Shown here: piece after piece, positions 1 to 12,955 of the stretch
How the letters are laid out: each line of letters opens with the position of its first letter
Numbering within the stretch: position 1 is the first letter of the stretch
Assembly (NCBI GenBank): GCA_030390025.1
Contig: JASTWF010000088.1
Span: forward strand, 930,001-994,000
Origin: Squalus acanthias
Lineage: Eukaryota
Reading direction: 5' to 3'
Length of the DNA: 64,000 bases
Notes under the pieces: generated by a model
What the model was told of the DNA's origin: nothing
Databases searched by the model: none
Seen by the model: only the letters and a program-made list of their open reading frames with translations
Translations under genes and position numbers: made by a program

Positions 1-1080
1 TCCTAAATGGTCTCGCTCTAATTTGAAGATGATGTCCCCTTGCTCTTGATTGCCCCCCAGAGGGAGTAGTTTCCCTGTATCTACTCTATCAAATCCTTTT
101 AACATTTTAAACACCTCGATCAGGTCACCCTTCAATCTTTGAAACGTGAGAGAATACAAACCAAGTTTATACAACCTGTCCTCATAATTGAACCCTCTAA
201 GCCCCAGAATCATTCTGGTGAATCTGCTCTGCACCCTCTCTGTGCCCTGAACTGAACGCAGTGCTCCAGATGGGGTCTAACCACAGCTTTATAGAACTGT
301 AACCGAACTTCCCCACTTTGTATCCCAGTCCTCGAGACAGGCCAACATTCCATAAGCCTTTTTAATTATTTTTTATCCTTGTCCACTAGCTTTTAGTGAT
401 TTCTGTACTTGGAGCCCTAAATCTCTCTGCACCTCCACAGTTCCCAGCCTCTCGCCATTTAGAAAATACTCTGATCGATCTTTCTTGGGTCTAAAGTGGA
501 TGACCTCACACTTTCTCACGTTGAACTCCATCTGCCACAGTTTTACCCACACTTAATCTAACGATGTCCCTTTGCAACTTCCTGCTCACATCTACACAAC
601 TTACTGTCCCCATAACTTAGTCTCATCGACAAACTTAGATAGACAACTCTCCATTCCTTCATCCAAGTCATTTATAAATGTGGTGAAAAGCTGAGGCCCC
701 AGAACAGATCCCTGGGGACACCACTAGTCACAACCCACCAATCAGAGTACCTACCCTTTATCCCCACTCTCTGTCTCCTACCTCCCAACCAATTTCCAAC
801 ACAGTCTAAAGACCACCTTCAATTCCATGCACTCTCATTTTTGCTAAGTCTCTTGTGTGGAACCTTATCGAATGCCTTCTGGAAGTTCATATAAATAACA
901 TCCATAGACACTCCCATAGCTACCTCATTAGTGACCTCCTCAACATAATCAACTAGATGAGTCAGACCTGACTTACCTTAACAAAGCCGTGCCTCTCTCT
1001 GATCAGTTCATATTTGTTCAAGTGCTCAGTCACTCTGTCCCTAATAACAGATTCTAGTAGGTTCTCAAACCCAATGTTAA
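1..1080 (-). mobile_element. Degraded CR1 LINE ORF2 fragment
   Basis: Reverse-complement matches to RT motifs seen in other CR1 copies here (ccttatcgaatgccttctggaag, cactagtcaca). Confidence 0.75.
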
Positions 1081-1327
1081 ACTGACTCCCTATAACTCCA
1101 ACCTTTCTGTCCTCCTCCCGCCTTGGACTGCCTCCTACTCCATGGTGCCTTGGTCAACATTGTGGCCATCCTTCCCAAAGCCTTGATCCTTATCTCCACC
1201 GGCAGCAAGCACATCGTACCTGTTGAACCTCCTTCACTAGATTACCCAACCCTGCTGACCATCAGTCACAATCCTCCTCCTGAACCTGTACCTCTCTACT
1301 TGGTGTGACTGAAATCTGCAGTAAACT

Positions 1328-1674
1328 AGGCCCCTCTCCCTCAGTCTGTCAGTGGGTGGGTTACCCCCGGCCCCTCTCCCTCAGTCTGGCAGTGGTTGGG
1401 TTACCCTGGGCCCCTCTCCCTCAGTCTGGCAGTGGGTGGGTTACCCTGGGCCCCTCTCCCTCAGTCTGTCAGTGGGTGGGTTACCCCGGGTCCCTCTCCC
1501 TCAGTCTGTCAGTGGGTGGGTTACCCCGGGCCCCTCTCCCTCAGTCTGTCAGTGGGTGGGTTACCCCGGGCCCCTCTCCCTCAGTCTGGCAGTGGGTGGG
1601 TTACCCCGGGCCCCTCTCCCTCAGTCTGGCAGTGGGTGGGTTACCCTGGGCCCCTCTCCCTCAGTCTGGCAGTG
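1328..1674. repeat. 40-bp minisatellite, ~8.5 copies
   Basis: Unit GGGCCCCTCTCCCTCAGTCTGKCAGTGGGTGGGTTACCCY. Confidence 0.95.
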
Positions 1675-1747
1675 ATGTTGATGATTGAATTGCAGGGAGC
1701 AATGTTAATTATCTGACCAATGAGATGCTGCATTCAGTCACTCAGCT

Positions 1748-2160
1748 GGTGATGTTTTGGGGTTCATGCCCTGATGTCTCTCTGCATGTGTGGGGTTGAT
1801 GTTTTGGGGTTCATGCCCTGATGTCTCTCTGCATGTGTGGGATTGATGTTTTGGGGTTCATGCCCTGATGTCTGTGTGTGTGTGTGGGGTTGGTGTTTTG
1901 GGGTTCATGCCCTGATGTCTCTGTGCGTGTGGGGGGCTTGGTGTTTTGGGGTTCATGTCCTGATGTGACTCTCTCTCTGTGGGTTTGGTGTTTTGAGGTT
2001 CATGCCCTGATGTGACTCTCTCTCTGTGGGGTTGGTGTTTTGAGGTTCATGCCCTGATGTGACTCTCTCTGTGGGTTTGGTGTTTTAGGGTTCATGCCCT
2101 GATGTGACTCTGTCTTTGGGTTTGATGGTTTGGGGTTCATGCCCTGATGTGTCTCTGTGT
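1748..2160. repeat. ~45-bp minisatellite abutting the alpha1 acceptor, ~9 copies
   Basis: Core TGTTTTGGGGTTCATGCCCTGATGT. Confidence 0.93.
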
Positions 2161-2165
2161 TTCAG

Positions 2166-2426
2166 GCTCTCACTCTCTCCGATATTTCTACACCTCGATG
2201 ACCCCGATGCCCGGTCTGCCGGAGTTTGTGGCAGTCGGTTATTTGGACGATGCGCAGTTTGTTCAGTATGACAGCGATCGGAAGCACATGATCCCGCGGC
2301 AGCAGTGGACGGCGGAGAGCATGGGCCCCGACTACTGGGAGCGGGAGACAAAGGCTGCACAGGGCTGGGAGCAGATTGGGAAAGACAATATTCAGACCGC
2401 CATGAGGCGGAGCAACCAGACTGGGG
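2166..2426 (+). CDS. MHC class I heavy chain, alpha1 domain exon (classical/UAA-like)
   Basis: tttcAG acceptor at 2164-2165 and G|GTGAGT donor at 2427; 261 nt, phase 1/1. Translates GSHSLRYFYTSMTPMPGLPEFVAVGYLDDAQFVQYDSD...GPDYWERET...MRRSNQTG, with Y7, Y59, R84 and the N86-Q-T glycosylation sequon. Confidence 0.97.
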
Positions 2427-2725
2427 GTGAGTCTCCCCCCCCCCCGCCCCCCCACCCCCGGTGTGTCTCTATCCCTCCCCCGCCGGTGTCTCTCTATTCC
2501 CCCCCCCCCCATGTCTCCCTATTTCCGCCCCCCCGTGTTTCCCTATTTCCCCCCCCTCCGTGTCTTCCTATCCCCCCCACCCCGAGTCTCCCTATTCCAG
2601 CCCCTCCCCCCGTGTCTCTCTTCCCCCCGTGCCTCTCTTCACCCCCCCTCCCCCCGTGCCTCTCTCTTCGCCCCTCCCCCCGTGTCTGACTCTTCCCCCT
2701 CCCCCCCCCCCCCCCCCCCGTGTCT

Positions 2726-5700
2726 GCAGGGCATTCTGAAGGGGGAGGGCGAACAGTAAGAGGTCGTGGTTCACATTGGTACCAACGACATAGGTAGAAA
2801 GAGGGATGAGGTCCTGCAACAAGAATTTAGGGAGCTAGGTAGCAGATTAAAAAGCAGGACCTCAAAGGTTGTAATCTCTGGATTACTCCTGGTGCCACAT
2901 GCTAGTGAGTCTCGGAATAGGAGGATAGAGCAGATGAATGCGTGTCTAAAGCGTTGGTGCAGGAGGGAGGGCTTTAGTTTCCTGGATCACTGGGTCTGCT
3001 TCTGGGGAAGGTGGGACCTGTACAAGCCGGACGGGTTGCACCTGAACCGGAATGGGACCAACATCCTTGCGGGGAGGTTTGCTAGTGCTGTTGGGGAGGG
3101 TTTAAACTAATTTGGCAGGGGGATGAGATACGGAGTGGCGCTATAGTAGGGGGTGATGCACAGCTAAATATAGAGGAAAAAACAAGTCAGTCTGGAAGGC
3201 AGAGCAAATATGTAATGGCACAAGGGAGTATGGCAAGGCTGGATAGCATTTATTTTAATGCAAGGAGTCTTGCAAGTAAGGCAGATGAATTGAAGGTGTT
3301 GATGAACACATGGGAGTATGATATTGTTGCTATCACAGACACATGGTTGAGGGAGGGTCAGGACTGGCAGCTCAATATTTCCAGGGTATAGAATCTTCAG
3401 GCGAGACAGAGAGTGGTGTAAAAGAGGAGGGGGTGTTGCAATATTAATCAAGGAGTCAATTACTGCTATAAGGAGGGATGATATCTTAGCAGGTTCCTCT
3501 AATGAGGCCATATGGGTAGAACTTAAAACCAAAACGGGGGCAAGCACTTTTCTGGGAGTGTGCTATAGGCCCCCAAACAGTGAGGGGGAGATAGAGGAAC
3601 AGATATGTAGGCAAATCTCAGAGAAGTGTAGAAATAATAGGGTAATAATAGTAGGGGATTTCAACTTTCCCAATATTAACTGGGATAGTCAGAGTGTGAA
3701 AGGCTTAGAGGGTGCGGAATTCTTAAAGTGCATCCAGGAGAGCTTTTTGAGCAGCATGTAGAAAGTCCTACAAGAGAGGGGGCGGTACTGGACCTAATTC
3801 GAGGGAATGTAGCTGGGTAAGTGGTAGAAGTGTCAGTAGGAGAGCATTTTGGTGACAGTGACCATAATTCGGTGAGATTTAAGGTAGTCATGGAAAAGGA
3901 CAAAGATGGACCGGAAATAAAGGTTCTAAATTGGGGGAAAGCCGATTTTAATATAATGAGGCAGGATCTGGCCAAAGTGGACTGGGATCAGCTACATCAG
4001 AGCAGTGGGAGTCATTCAGAAAGGAAATAGAGAGAGTACAGCACCAACATGTTCCCATAAAGGTCAAGGGTGGGACCAACAAGTCCAGGGAACCCTGGAT
4101 GTCAAGGGATATACAAGAATGGATTAGGAAAAAAAGGGAAGCTTTTGGCAGATACAAAGGACTAAAAACAGTGGAAGCCCGGGAGGAGTACAGAAAGTGC
4201 AGGGGGGGTACTTAAAGAAATTAGGAGAGCGAAGAGGGGGCATGAAGAAACACTGGTGGGCAATAAGTATTGAGAGGGAGGAGGTTTTAGCGGTTTTAGC
4301 AGGCTTAAAAGTGGATAAATCCCCAGGCCCAGATGAGATGTATCCCAGGCTGCTGTGTGAGGCAAGGGAGGAGATTGCAGGGGCTCTGACACAAATTTTC
4401 AGAACCCCTCTGGCCACAGGGGAGGTGCCAGAGGACTGGAGGACAGCTAATGTAGTACCATTATTCAAGAAGGGTAGTAGGAATAAACCAGGGAATTACA
4501 GGCCAGTGAGCCTAACATCAATGGTAGGGTAGTTATTGGAAAAAATTCTGAGGGACAGAATTAGTCTCCACTTGGAGAGGCAAGGATTAATCAAGGATAG
4601 TCAGCATGGCTTTGTCAGGGGAAGATCATGTCTAACCAATTTGATTGAATTTTTCGAGGGGGTGACTAGGTGTGTGGATGAGGGTAGTGCAGTTCATGTA
4701 GTCTACATGGACTTCAGTAAGGCTTTTGACAAAGTCCTGCATGGGAGACTGGTCAAGAAGGTAAGAGCCCATGGGATCCAGGGCAATTTGGCACATTTTA
4801 TCCAAAATTGGCTTAGTAGCAGGAGGCAGAGGGTGATGGTCGAAGGTTGTTTTGTGACTGGAAGCCTGTGTCCAGTGGTGTACCGCAGGGATCGGTGCTG
4901 GGTCCTTTGCTGTTTGTAGTGTACATTAATGATTTAGATATGCATGGAGGAGGTATGATCAATAAGTTCGCAGATGACACGAAAATTGGTGGAGTGGTAT
5001 ATAGCGAGGAGGGAAGCCTCAGGCTACAGGACGATAGACGAGTTGGTCAGATGGGCAGAACAGTGGCAAATGGAATTTAACCCTGAAAAGTGTGAGGTGA
5101 TGCATTTTGGGAGGACTAATAAGGCAAGGGAATACACAATGAATGGTAGGACCCTAGGAAGGACAGAGGATCAGAGGGACCTTGGTGTGCATGTACATAG
5201 ATCCCTGAAGGCAGCAGGACAGGTAGATAAGGTGGTTAAGAAGGCATATGGGATACTTATATTCTATGCCTCGGCTAATGAAGGCAAGAGCAGGGAGGTT
5301 ATGATGGAGCTGTACAAAACGCTAGTTAGGCCACAGCTGGAATACTGTGTGCAGTTCTGGTCGCCACACTATAGGAAGCATGTGATTGCATTGGAGAGGG
5401 TGCAGAGGAGATTCACCAGGATGTTACCTGGGCTGAAGCGTTTCAGCTATGAGGAGAGACTGGACAGGCTGGGGTTGTTTTCCTTAGAGCAGAGAAGGCT
5501 GAGGGGGGACCTGATTGAGGTGTACAAAATTATGAGGAGCATAAATAGGGTAGATAGAAAGGAACTTTTCCCCTTAGTAGAGGGGGCCAATAACCAGGGG
5601 GCATAGTTTCAAGGTGAGGGGATTTGAGGAAAAACTTTTTCACCCAGAGGGTGGTTGGAATCTGGAACTCACTGCCTGAAAGGGTGATAGAGGCAGGAAC

Positions 5701-5865
5701 CCTCAACATTCAAGAAGCATTTAGATGAGCACTTGACACGCCATAGCATACAAGGCTACGGACCAAGTGCTGGAAAATGGGATTAGAATAGATAGGGCTT
5801 GATGGCTGGCGTAGACACGATGGGTCGAAGGGACTCTTTCTGTGCTGTATATCTCCATGACTCTA
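2726..5865 (+). mobile_element. CR1 LINE (ORF1 SGNH end, endonuclease, RT; frameshifted) in the class I alpha1-alpha2 intron
   Basis: VHIGTND and DGLHLN (ORF1), YRPPN and GDFNFP (EN), QGSVLGP and FADDTK (RT). Splits a C-rich repeat. Confidence 0.93.
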
Positions 5866-5970
5866 TTCTCCACCCCCCGCACCCCGTGTCTCTCTATTCC
5901 ATCCCCTCCCCCGTGTGTGCGGGGTCTCTATGGGCCGGGCTGTGATTGGCTGTGTGTTTGTGATTGACAG

Positions 5971-6243
5971 GGATCCACACGCTCCAGGTGATGTACGGCT
6001 GTGAGCTGCGGGATGACGGCTCCACCGCCGGGTTCTATCAGTACGGCTGGGACGGGAAAGATTTCATCAGCTTCGACAAGGAGCACCTGGTGTGGGTCTC
6101 CCCGGTAACGTGGGGAGTGGTCAGCAAGAACAAGTGGGACCAGAACAGGGCTGGGAACGAGCAGGTGAAGGTTTACCTGAAGGAGGTGTGCATCGAGTGG
6201 CTGAAGAAATACTTGATGGCCGGAGAGAGAGAACGGAGACCCG
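5971..6243 (+). CDS. MHC class I heavy chain, alpha2 domain exon
   Basis: gacAG acceptor and G|GTGAGT donor; 273 nt, phase 1/1. GIHTLQVMYGCELRDDGS...YGWDGKDFISFD...SKNKWD...YLKEVCIEWLKKYL has both alpha2 cysteines plus F123, K146, W147, Y159, W167 and Y171; T143 is S. Confidence 0.97.
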
Positions 6244-6247
6244 GTGA

Positions 6248-6828
6248 GTGAGGGCGAGGGGGTTGCGAGAGCGCAGGCGAGGGGGGTGCCGGTGCGAGGG
6301 TGAGGGCGAGGGCGAGGGGGGTGCGAGAGCGAGGACGAGGCGAGGGGGGTGCGCGGGCGAGGGGGTTGCGAGAGCGCGGGCGAGGGGGGTGCGAGGGCGA
6401 GGGGGGTGCGAGAGCGTGGCGGGGAGAGGGGGAGCGAGAGCGTGGCGGGGAGACGGGGAGCGAGAGCGTGGCGGGGAGAGGGGGAGCGAGTGCGTGGCGG
6501 GGAGAGGGGGAGCGAGAGCGTGGCGGGGAGAGGGGGAGCGAGTGCGCGGAGAGGGGGAGCGAGTGCGCGGAGAGGGGGAGCGAGTGCGTGGAGAGGGGGA
6601 GCGAGTGCGTGGAGAGGGGGAGCGAGTGCGTGGAGAGGGGGAGCGAGTGCGTGGCGGGGAGAGGGGGAGCGAGTGCGTGGCGGGGAGAGGGGGAGCGAGT
6701 GCGTGGCGGGGAGAGGGGGAGCGAGTGCGTGGCGGGGAGAGGGGGAGCGAGTGCGTGGCGGGGAGAGGGGGAGCGAGTGCGTGGCGGGGAGAGGGGGAGC
6801 GAGTGCGTGGCGGGGAGAGGGAGTGGGG
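6248..6828. repeat. G-rich 21/26-bp minisatellite directly after the alpha2 donor
   Basis: Unit GAGTGCGTGGCGGGGAGAGGGGGAGC. Confidence 0.93.
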
Positions 6829-6829
6829 G

Positions 6830-8462
6830 CTGACAATCATTTCTGCTGCTACCGATCTGCTCAACCACACCCTCACCACCACCTTTGATGCCCCAGTCTC
6901 CACTGAAACCATTACTCTCTCTCACCCTGGCCTTTCCCTCGGTACGGCCCTCATCTTCGCTCTCGAAGTCCAAGGGCTGCAGACTTGAACGGATGTGGCG
7001 GACAACTGGTTTAGCCGTTCACTACCACATCTGGCTGGACCACATAAAGAATTATCGGGTCCCTGCTCTCGTCTGCCAAAACTGCTCACTATTCCAGAAT
7101 CATCCTGGAATGCAAAGATCACCCCCGGCTTCTTTTCTCTACTGCAAACCGTCTTCTTAAACCTCTCTCCCCTGTCTCCTGCACCCTCACCTCCAACAAC
7201 AGGAGTGAGGAGCTCACTGACATCTTTGTCACTAAGATTGATACACTCAGATCATCTGCCTCTGCCACTTCCCGAACCCCACCGGGCCAAATTGCGTCTA
7301 AGGTTCCCCCCGCCCTAGCCCTGAACTCGCATCTTTCTGTAGTTTCTCTCCTATCTCCCCTCATGCCCTCTCTGAACTCATCTTGTCCATGAGACCCACC
7401 TCCTGCTCCCTCAACCCTATTCCCACTAAACTGCTGACCACCCAACTTCCCTTCCTGGCCCCCATGTTAGCTGATATTGTTAATTGTTTTCTCTCCTTGG
7501 GTACTGTCCCCCTCTCCCTCAAATCTGCTGTCATCACCCCTCTCCTCAAAAAAAAAACCCTTGACTCCTCCATCCTTGCAAACTATCGCCCCATCTCCAA
7601 CCTCCCTTTCCTCAAGTCCTTGAACGTATTGTCGCCTCTCAAATCTGTGCCCATCTTTCCCAGAATCCCATGTTTGAATTCCTCCAATCCGGCTTCTGCC
7701 CCTGCCACAGTACTGAAACGGCTCTTATCAAGGTCACAGGTGACATCCTATGTGACTGTGACAAAGGTAAATTATCCCTTCTCGTCCTTCTCGACCGGTC
7801 TGCAGCCCTTGACACGGTTGACTACTCCATCCTCCTCCAACGTCTCTCCACTGTCATCCAGCTGGGTGGGACTGCACTCGCCGGTCACATTCTTATCTAT
7901 CTAATCATAGCCAGTGAATCACCTGCAATGGCTTCTCTTCCTGCTCCTGCACTGTTACCTCAGGTGTTCCCCAAGGATCTATCCTTGGCCCCCACCAATT
8001 TCTCATCTACTTGCTGCCCCTCGGCGACATCATCCGAAAACACAGCGTTAGTTTCCACATGTACGCTGATGACACCCAGCTCTACCTCCACTTCTCTCGA
8101 CCCCTTCATGTCTCTGAATTGTCAGACTGCTTGTCCGACACCTAGTACTGGATGAACAGAAATTTCGTCCAACTAAATATTGGGAAGATCGAAGCCATTG
8201 TCTTCGGTCCCCGCCACAAACTCCGATCCCTTGCCACCGACTCCATCCCTCTCCCTGGCAACTGTCTGAGGCTGAACCAGACTGTTCGCAACTTTGTCTC
8301 ATATTTGACCTCGAGATGAGCTTCCGACCACATATCCGTGCCATCGCTAAGACCGCCAGTTTCCATCACCGGAACATCGCTCGACTCCACCCCTGCCTCA
8401 GCTCCTCTCCTGCTGCACCTCATCAATGCCTTTGTTATCTTTAGACTTGACTATTCCAACCC
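6830..8462 (+). mobile_element. L2-clade LINE fragment
   Basis: NYRPISNLPFL, QSGFCPCHSTETALIKV, LLVLLD..ALDTVD motifs. Confidence 0.85.
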
Positions 8463-8464
8463 AC

Positions 8465-10998
8465 TCCGTTCCCTGGGGTCGGGGTCTCATCCCCAGTTTA
8501 AAGGGGTATGTACCGTTCCTTGGGGTTGGGGGTCTAATCCTCAGTTTAAAGGGGTATGTACCGTTCCCTGGTGTTGGGGTCTCATTCCCAGTTTAAAGGG
8601 GTATGTACCGTTCCCTGGGGTCAAGGTCTAATCCCCAGTTTAAAGGGGTATGTACCGTTCCCTGGGGTCGGGGTCTCATTCCCAGTTTAAAGGGGTATGT
8701 ACCCTTCCCTGGGGTCGGGGTCTCATCCCCAGTTTAAAGGGGTATGTACCGTTCCCTGGGGTCGGGGTCTCATCCCCAGTTTAAAGGGGTATGTACCGTT
8801 CCCTGGGGTCGGGGTCTAGTCCCCAGTTTAAAGGGGTATGTACCGTTCCCTGGGGTCGGGGTCTGATCCCCAGTTTAAAGGGGTATGTACCGTTCCCTGG
8901 GGTCGGGGTCTCATTCCCAGTTTAAAGGGGTATGTACCGTTCCCTGGGGTTGGGGTCTCATTCCCAGTTTAAAGGGGTATGTACCGTTCCCTGGGGTCAA
9001 GGTCTAATCCCCAGTTTAAAGGGGTATGTACCGTTCCCTGGGGTCGGGGTCTCATTCCCAGTTTAAAGGGGTATGTACCCTTCCCTGGGGTCGGGGTCTC
9101 ATCCCCAGTTTAAAGGGGTATGTACCGTTCCCTGGGGTCGGGGTCTCATCCCCAGTTTAAAGGGGTATGTACCGTTCCCTGGGGTCGGGGTCTAGTCCCC
9201 AGTTTAAAGGGGTATGTACCGTTCCCTGGGGTCGGGGTCTGATCCCCAGTTTAAAGGGGTATGTACCGTTCCCTGGGGTCGGGGTCTCATTCCCAGTTTA
9301 AAGGGGTATGTACCGTTCCCTGGGGTCGGGGTCTCATTCCCAGTTTAAAGGGGTATGTACCGTTCCCTAGGGTCGGGGTCTAATCCCCAGTTTAAAGGGG
9401 TATGTACCGTTCCCTGGGGTCGGGGTCTAATCCCCAGTTTAAAGGGGTATGTACTGTTCCCTGGGGTCGGGGTCTAATCCCCAGTTTAAAGGGGTATGTA
9501 CCGTTCCCTGGGGTCAGGGTCTAATCCCCAGTTTAAAGGGGGATGTACCGTTCCCTGGGGTCGGGGTCTAATCCCCAGTTTAAAGGGGTATGTACCGTTC
9601 CCTGGGGTCGGGGTCTAATCCCCAGTTTAAAGGGGTATGTACCGTTCCCTGGGGTCAGGGTCTAATCCTCAGTTTAAAGGGGAATGTACTGTCCCCTGGG
9701 GTCGGGGTCTAATCCCCAGTTTAAAGGGGGATGTACTGTCCCCTGGGGTCGGGGTCTCATCCCCAGTTTAAAGGGGTATGTACCGTTCCCTGGGGTCGGG
9801 GTCTAGTCCCCAGTTTAAAGGGGTATGTACCGTTCCCTGGGGTCGGGGTCTGATCCCCAGTTTAAAGGGGTATGTACCGTTCCCTGGGGTCGGGGTCTCA
9901 TTCCCAGTTTAAAGGGGTATGTACCGTTCCCTGGGGTCGGGGTCTCATTCCCAGTTTAAAGGGGTATGTACCGTTCCCTAGGGTCGGGGTCTAATCCCCA
10001 GTTTAAAGGGGTATGTACCGTTCCCTGGGGTCGGGGTCTAATCCCCAGTTTAAAGGGGTATGTACTGTTCCCTGGGGTCGGGGTCTAATCCCCAGTTTAA
10101 AGGGGTATGTACCGTTCCCTGGGGTCGGGGTCTAATCCCCAGTTTAAAGGGGTATGTACCGTTCCCTGGAGTCGGGGTCTAATCCCCAGTTTAAAGGGGT
10201 ATGTACCGTTCCCTGGGGTCAGGGTCTAATCCTCAGTTTAAAGGGGAATGTACTGTCCCCTGGGGTCGGGGTCTAATCCCCAGTTTAAAGGGGGATGTAC
10301 TGTCCCCTGGGGTCGGGGTCTCATCCCCAGTTTAAAGGGGTATGTACCGTTCCCTGGGGTCGGGGTCTAGTCCCCAGTTTAAAGGGGTATGTACCGTTCC
10401 CTGGGGTCGGGGTCTGATCCCCAGTTTAAAGGGGTATGTACCGTTCCCTGGGGTCGGGGTCTCATTCCCAGTTTAAAGGGGTATGTACCGTTCCCTGGGG
10501 TCGGGGTCTCATTCCCAGTTTAAAGGGGTATGTACCGTTCCCTAGGGTCGGGGTCTAATCCCCAGTTTAAAGGGGTATGTACCGTTCCCTGGGGTCGGGG
10601 TCTAATCCCCAGTTTAAAGGGGTATGTACTGTTCCCTGGGGTCGGGGTCTAATCCCCAGTTTAAAGGGGTATGTACCGTTCCCTGGGGTCAGGGTCTAAT
10701 CCCCAGTTTAAAGGGGGATGTACCGTTCCCTGGGGTCGGGGTCTAATCCCCAGTTTAAAGGGGTATGTACCGTTCCCTGGAGTCGGGGTCTAATCCCCAG
10801 TTTAAAGGGGTATGTACCGTTCCCTGGGGTCAGGGTCTAATCCTCAGTTTAAAGGGGAATGTACTGTCCCCTGGGGTCGGGGTCTAATCCCCAGTTTAAA
10901 GGGGGATGTACTGTCCCCTGGGGTCGGGGTCTCATCCCCAGTTTAAAGGGGTATGTACCATTCCCTGGGGTCGGGGTCTAGGTCTAATCCCCAGTTTT
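8465..10998. repeat. 47-bp minisatellite, ~54 copies; resumes at 12840-12912
   Basis: Unit CCGTTCCCTGGGGTCGGGGTCTAATCCCCAGTTTAAAGGGGTATGTA. Confidence 0.97.
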
Positions 10999-12830
10999 AA
11001 TGAAGAATTCTATCATGCTACGGTGACGCTTTCCTAAAGGACCCCGCACAACAAGATTATTAATTAACCCCTTCTCATTGCACAATACCCAATCTAGGAT
11101 AGCCTGTTCCCTAGTTGGCTCCTCACCGTACTGGTCTAAAACACCATCTCATACACACTCCAGGAATTCATCCTCCACAGTATTATTGCTAATTTGGTTT
11201 CGTCAGTCTATATGTAGATTAAAGTCACCCTTGTTAGTAGTACCCTTGTTACATGCATCTCTAATTTCCTGTTTGATGCCATCCCCTACATTACCACTAC
11301 TGTTTGGAGGCCTATCGACAACTCCCACCAATGTTTTCTGCCACTTGGTGCTTCTTAGCTCCACCAAGACTGATTCTACATCTTCATTTTCTGAGCCAAT
11401 ATCCTTTCTCACTATTGCTCTGATTTCATCCTTTACTAACAACGCCACCCCACCTCCTTTTCCTTTTTGCCTGTCCTACCTAAATATCGAATATCTTTGG
11501 ATATTCAGCTCCCAGCCTTGGTCACCCTGCAGCCATGTCTCCGTAATTGCAATTATATCGTATCCGTTTACATCTATTTGCGCTGTTAATTCATCTACCT
11601 TATTACGAATGCTTCGTGCATTCAGATACAGTGCCTTTAGATTTGTCTTACCATTTTTAGACATCTTAACATTTTTTTGTACTATGGCCCTATTTGTCTT
11701 ATTACCATTTTTTCTTACCCGGACCCTATTTGTTAGTGCACTCCTTTGTTTGTACGCTCTGTCCCTTCCTGACACAATCTGGGTATCCTTACCCCAATCA
11801 CTTTCCTGCACTGCTTCCTTGTCTTTTCTCTTTAGCATTCTAGATTTCTCTCCACCGGGACCCTCCCATCCCCCCCCCCCCCCCCTTTATTTAGTTCAAA
11901 GCCCCATCTACCTCCCTAGTTATTCGATTCACTGGAACTCTGGTCCCAGCATGGTTCAGGTGTAGTCCGTCCCAACGGAACAGCTCTCTCTTTCCCCAGT
12001 ACTGGTGCCAGTGCCCCAGGAATTGAAACCCACTTCACCAATCTTTGAGCCATGCATTCATCTCCCTGATCCAATTGACCCTATGCCAATTTGCTCGTGG
12101 CTCCGGTAATAATCCAGAGATTATGACCTTTGTGGTTCTGCTTTTTAATTTAGTCCCTAGCTGCTCAAACTCTCTCACCAGAACCTCTTTCTTTGTCCTA
12201 CCTATGTCGTGGACCACGACAACTGGATCCTCCCCCTCCAACTCCAATTTCTTCTCCAGCCCGGAGGAGATGTCCTTTACCCTGGCACTGGGTAGGCAAC
12301 ATAGCCTTCGGGACTCATGGTCCTGGCTGCAGAGAACAATGTCTATCCCCCTAACTATACTGTCGCCTACTACAACCACCTTCCTTTTTACTCCCCCCAC
12401 TTGAACGGCTTCCTGTACCACGGTGCTGTGGTCAGTTTGCTCGTCGTCCCCGCACTGGTCCACAAGGGTTGCAAGAACCTCGAATCTATTGGACAAGTGC
12501 AGGGACTGAGGCTCCTGCAATGCTACCTCCTGGATCCCCGTACCTGCCTCACTCGCAGTCACACCCTCCTGTCCCTGACCACGTGTCAATTCTAAAGTAT
12601 TTAATCTAAGGGGTGTGGCTGCCTCCTGGAGCAAAAGGGCCAGGTAACTTTCTCCCTCCCTGATGTCTCGCAATGTCTGCAGCTCGGACTCCAGCTTCTC
12701 AACTCGGAGCCGAAGTTGCTCGAGCCGCAGACACTTACCGCAGATGTAGTCGCCCTGGACAAAAATGTCCACAAGCTCCCACATATTGTAGCAGCAACAC
12801 ATCTCCTGTTCTCCCATTAATTTATTTATT
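10999..12830 (-). mobile_element. CR1 LINE 5' part (ORF1 Zn-finger/SGNH plus endonuclease) inserted in the 47-bp satellite
   Basis: ORF 12035-12817 (CxxC, VVVVGDSIVRG) and LYLNARSI...ITETWL. Confidence 0.88.
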
Positions 12831-12955
12831 TAATTAATTAGTTTAAAGGGGTATACACCATTCCCTGGGGTCGGGGTCTAATCCCCAGTTTAAAGGGGTA
12901 TGTATGGTTCCCGTCTCTCACTGACTTGACTCTGATCTGTTTTATTCTCTCTCAG

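Noticed and set aside
1080-1750. Class I leader exon or promoter (SXY/ISRE)
   Set aside because: No convincing ATG-signal peptide-donor or SXY module; probably upstream of the window.
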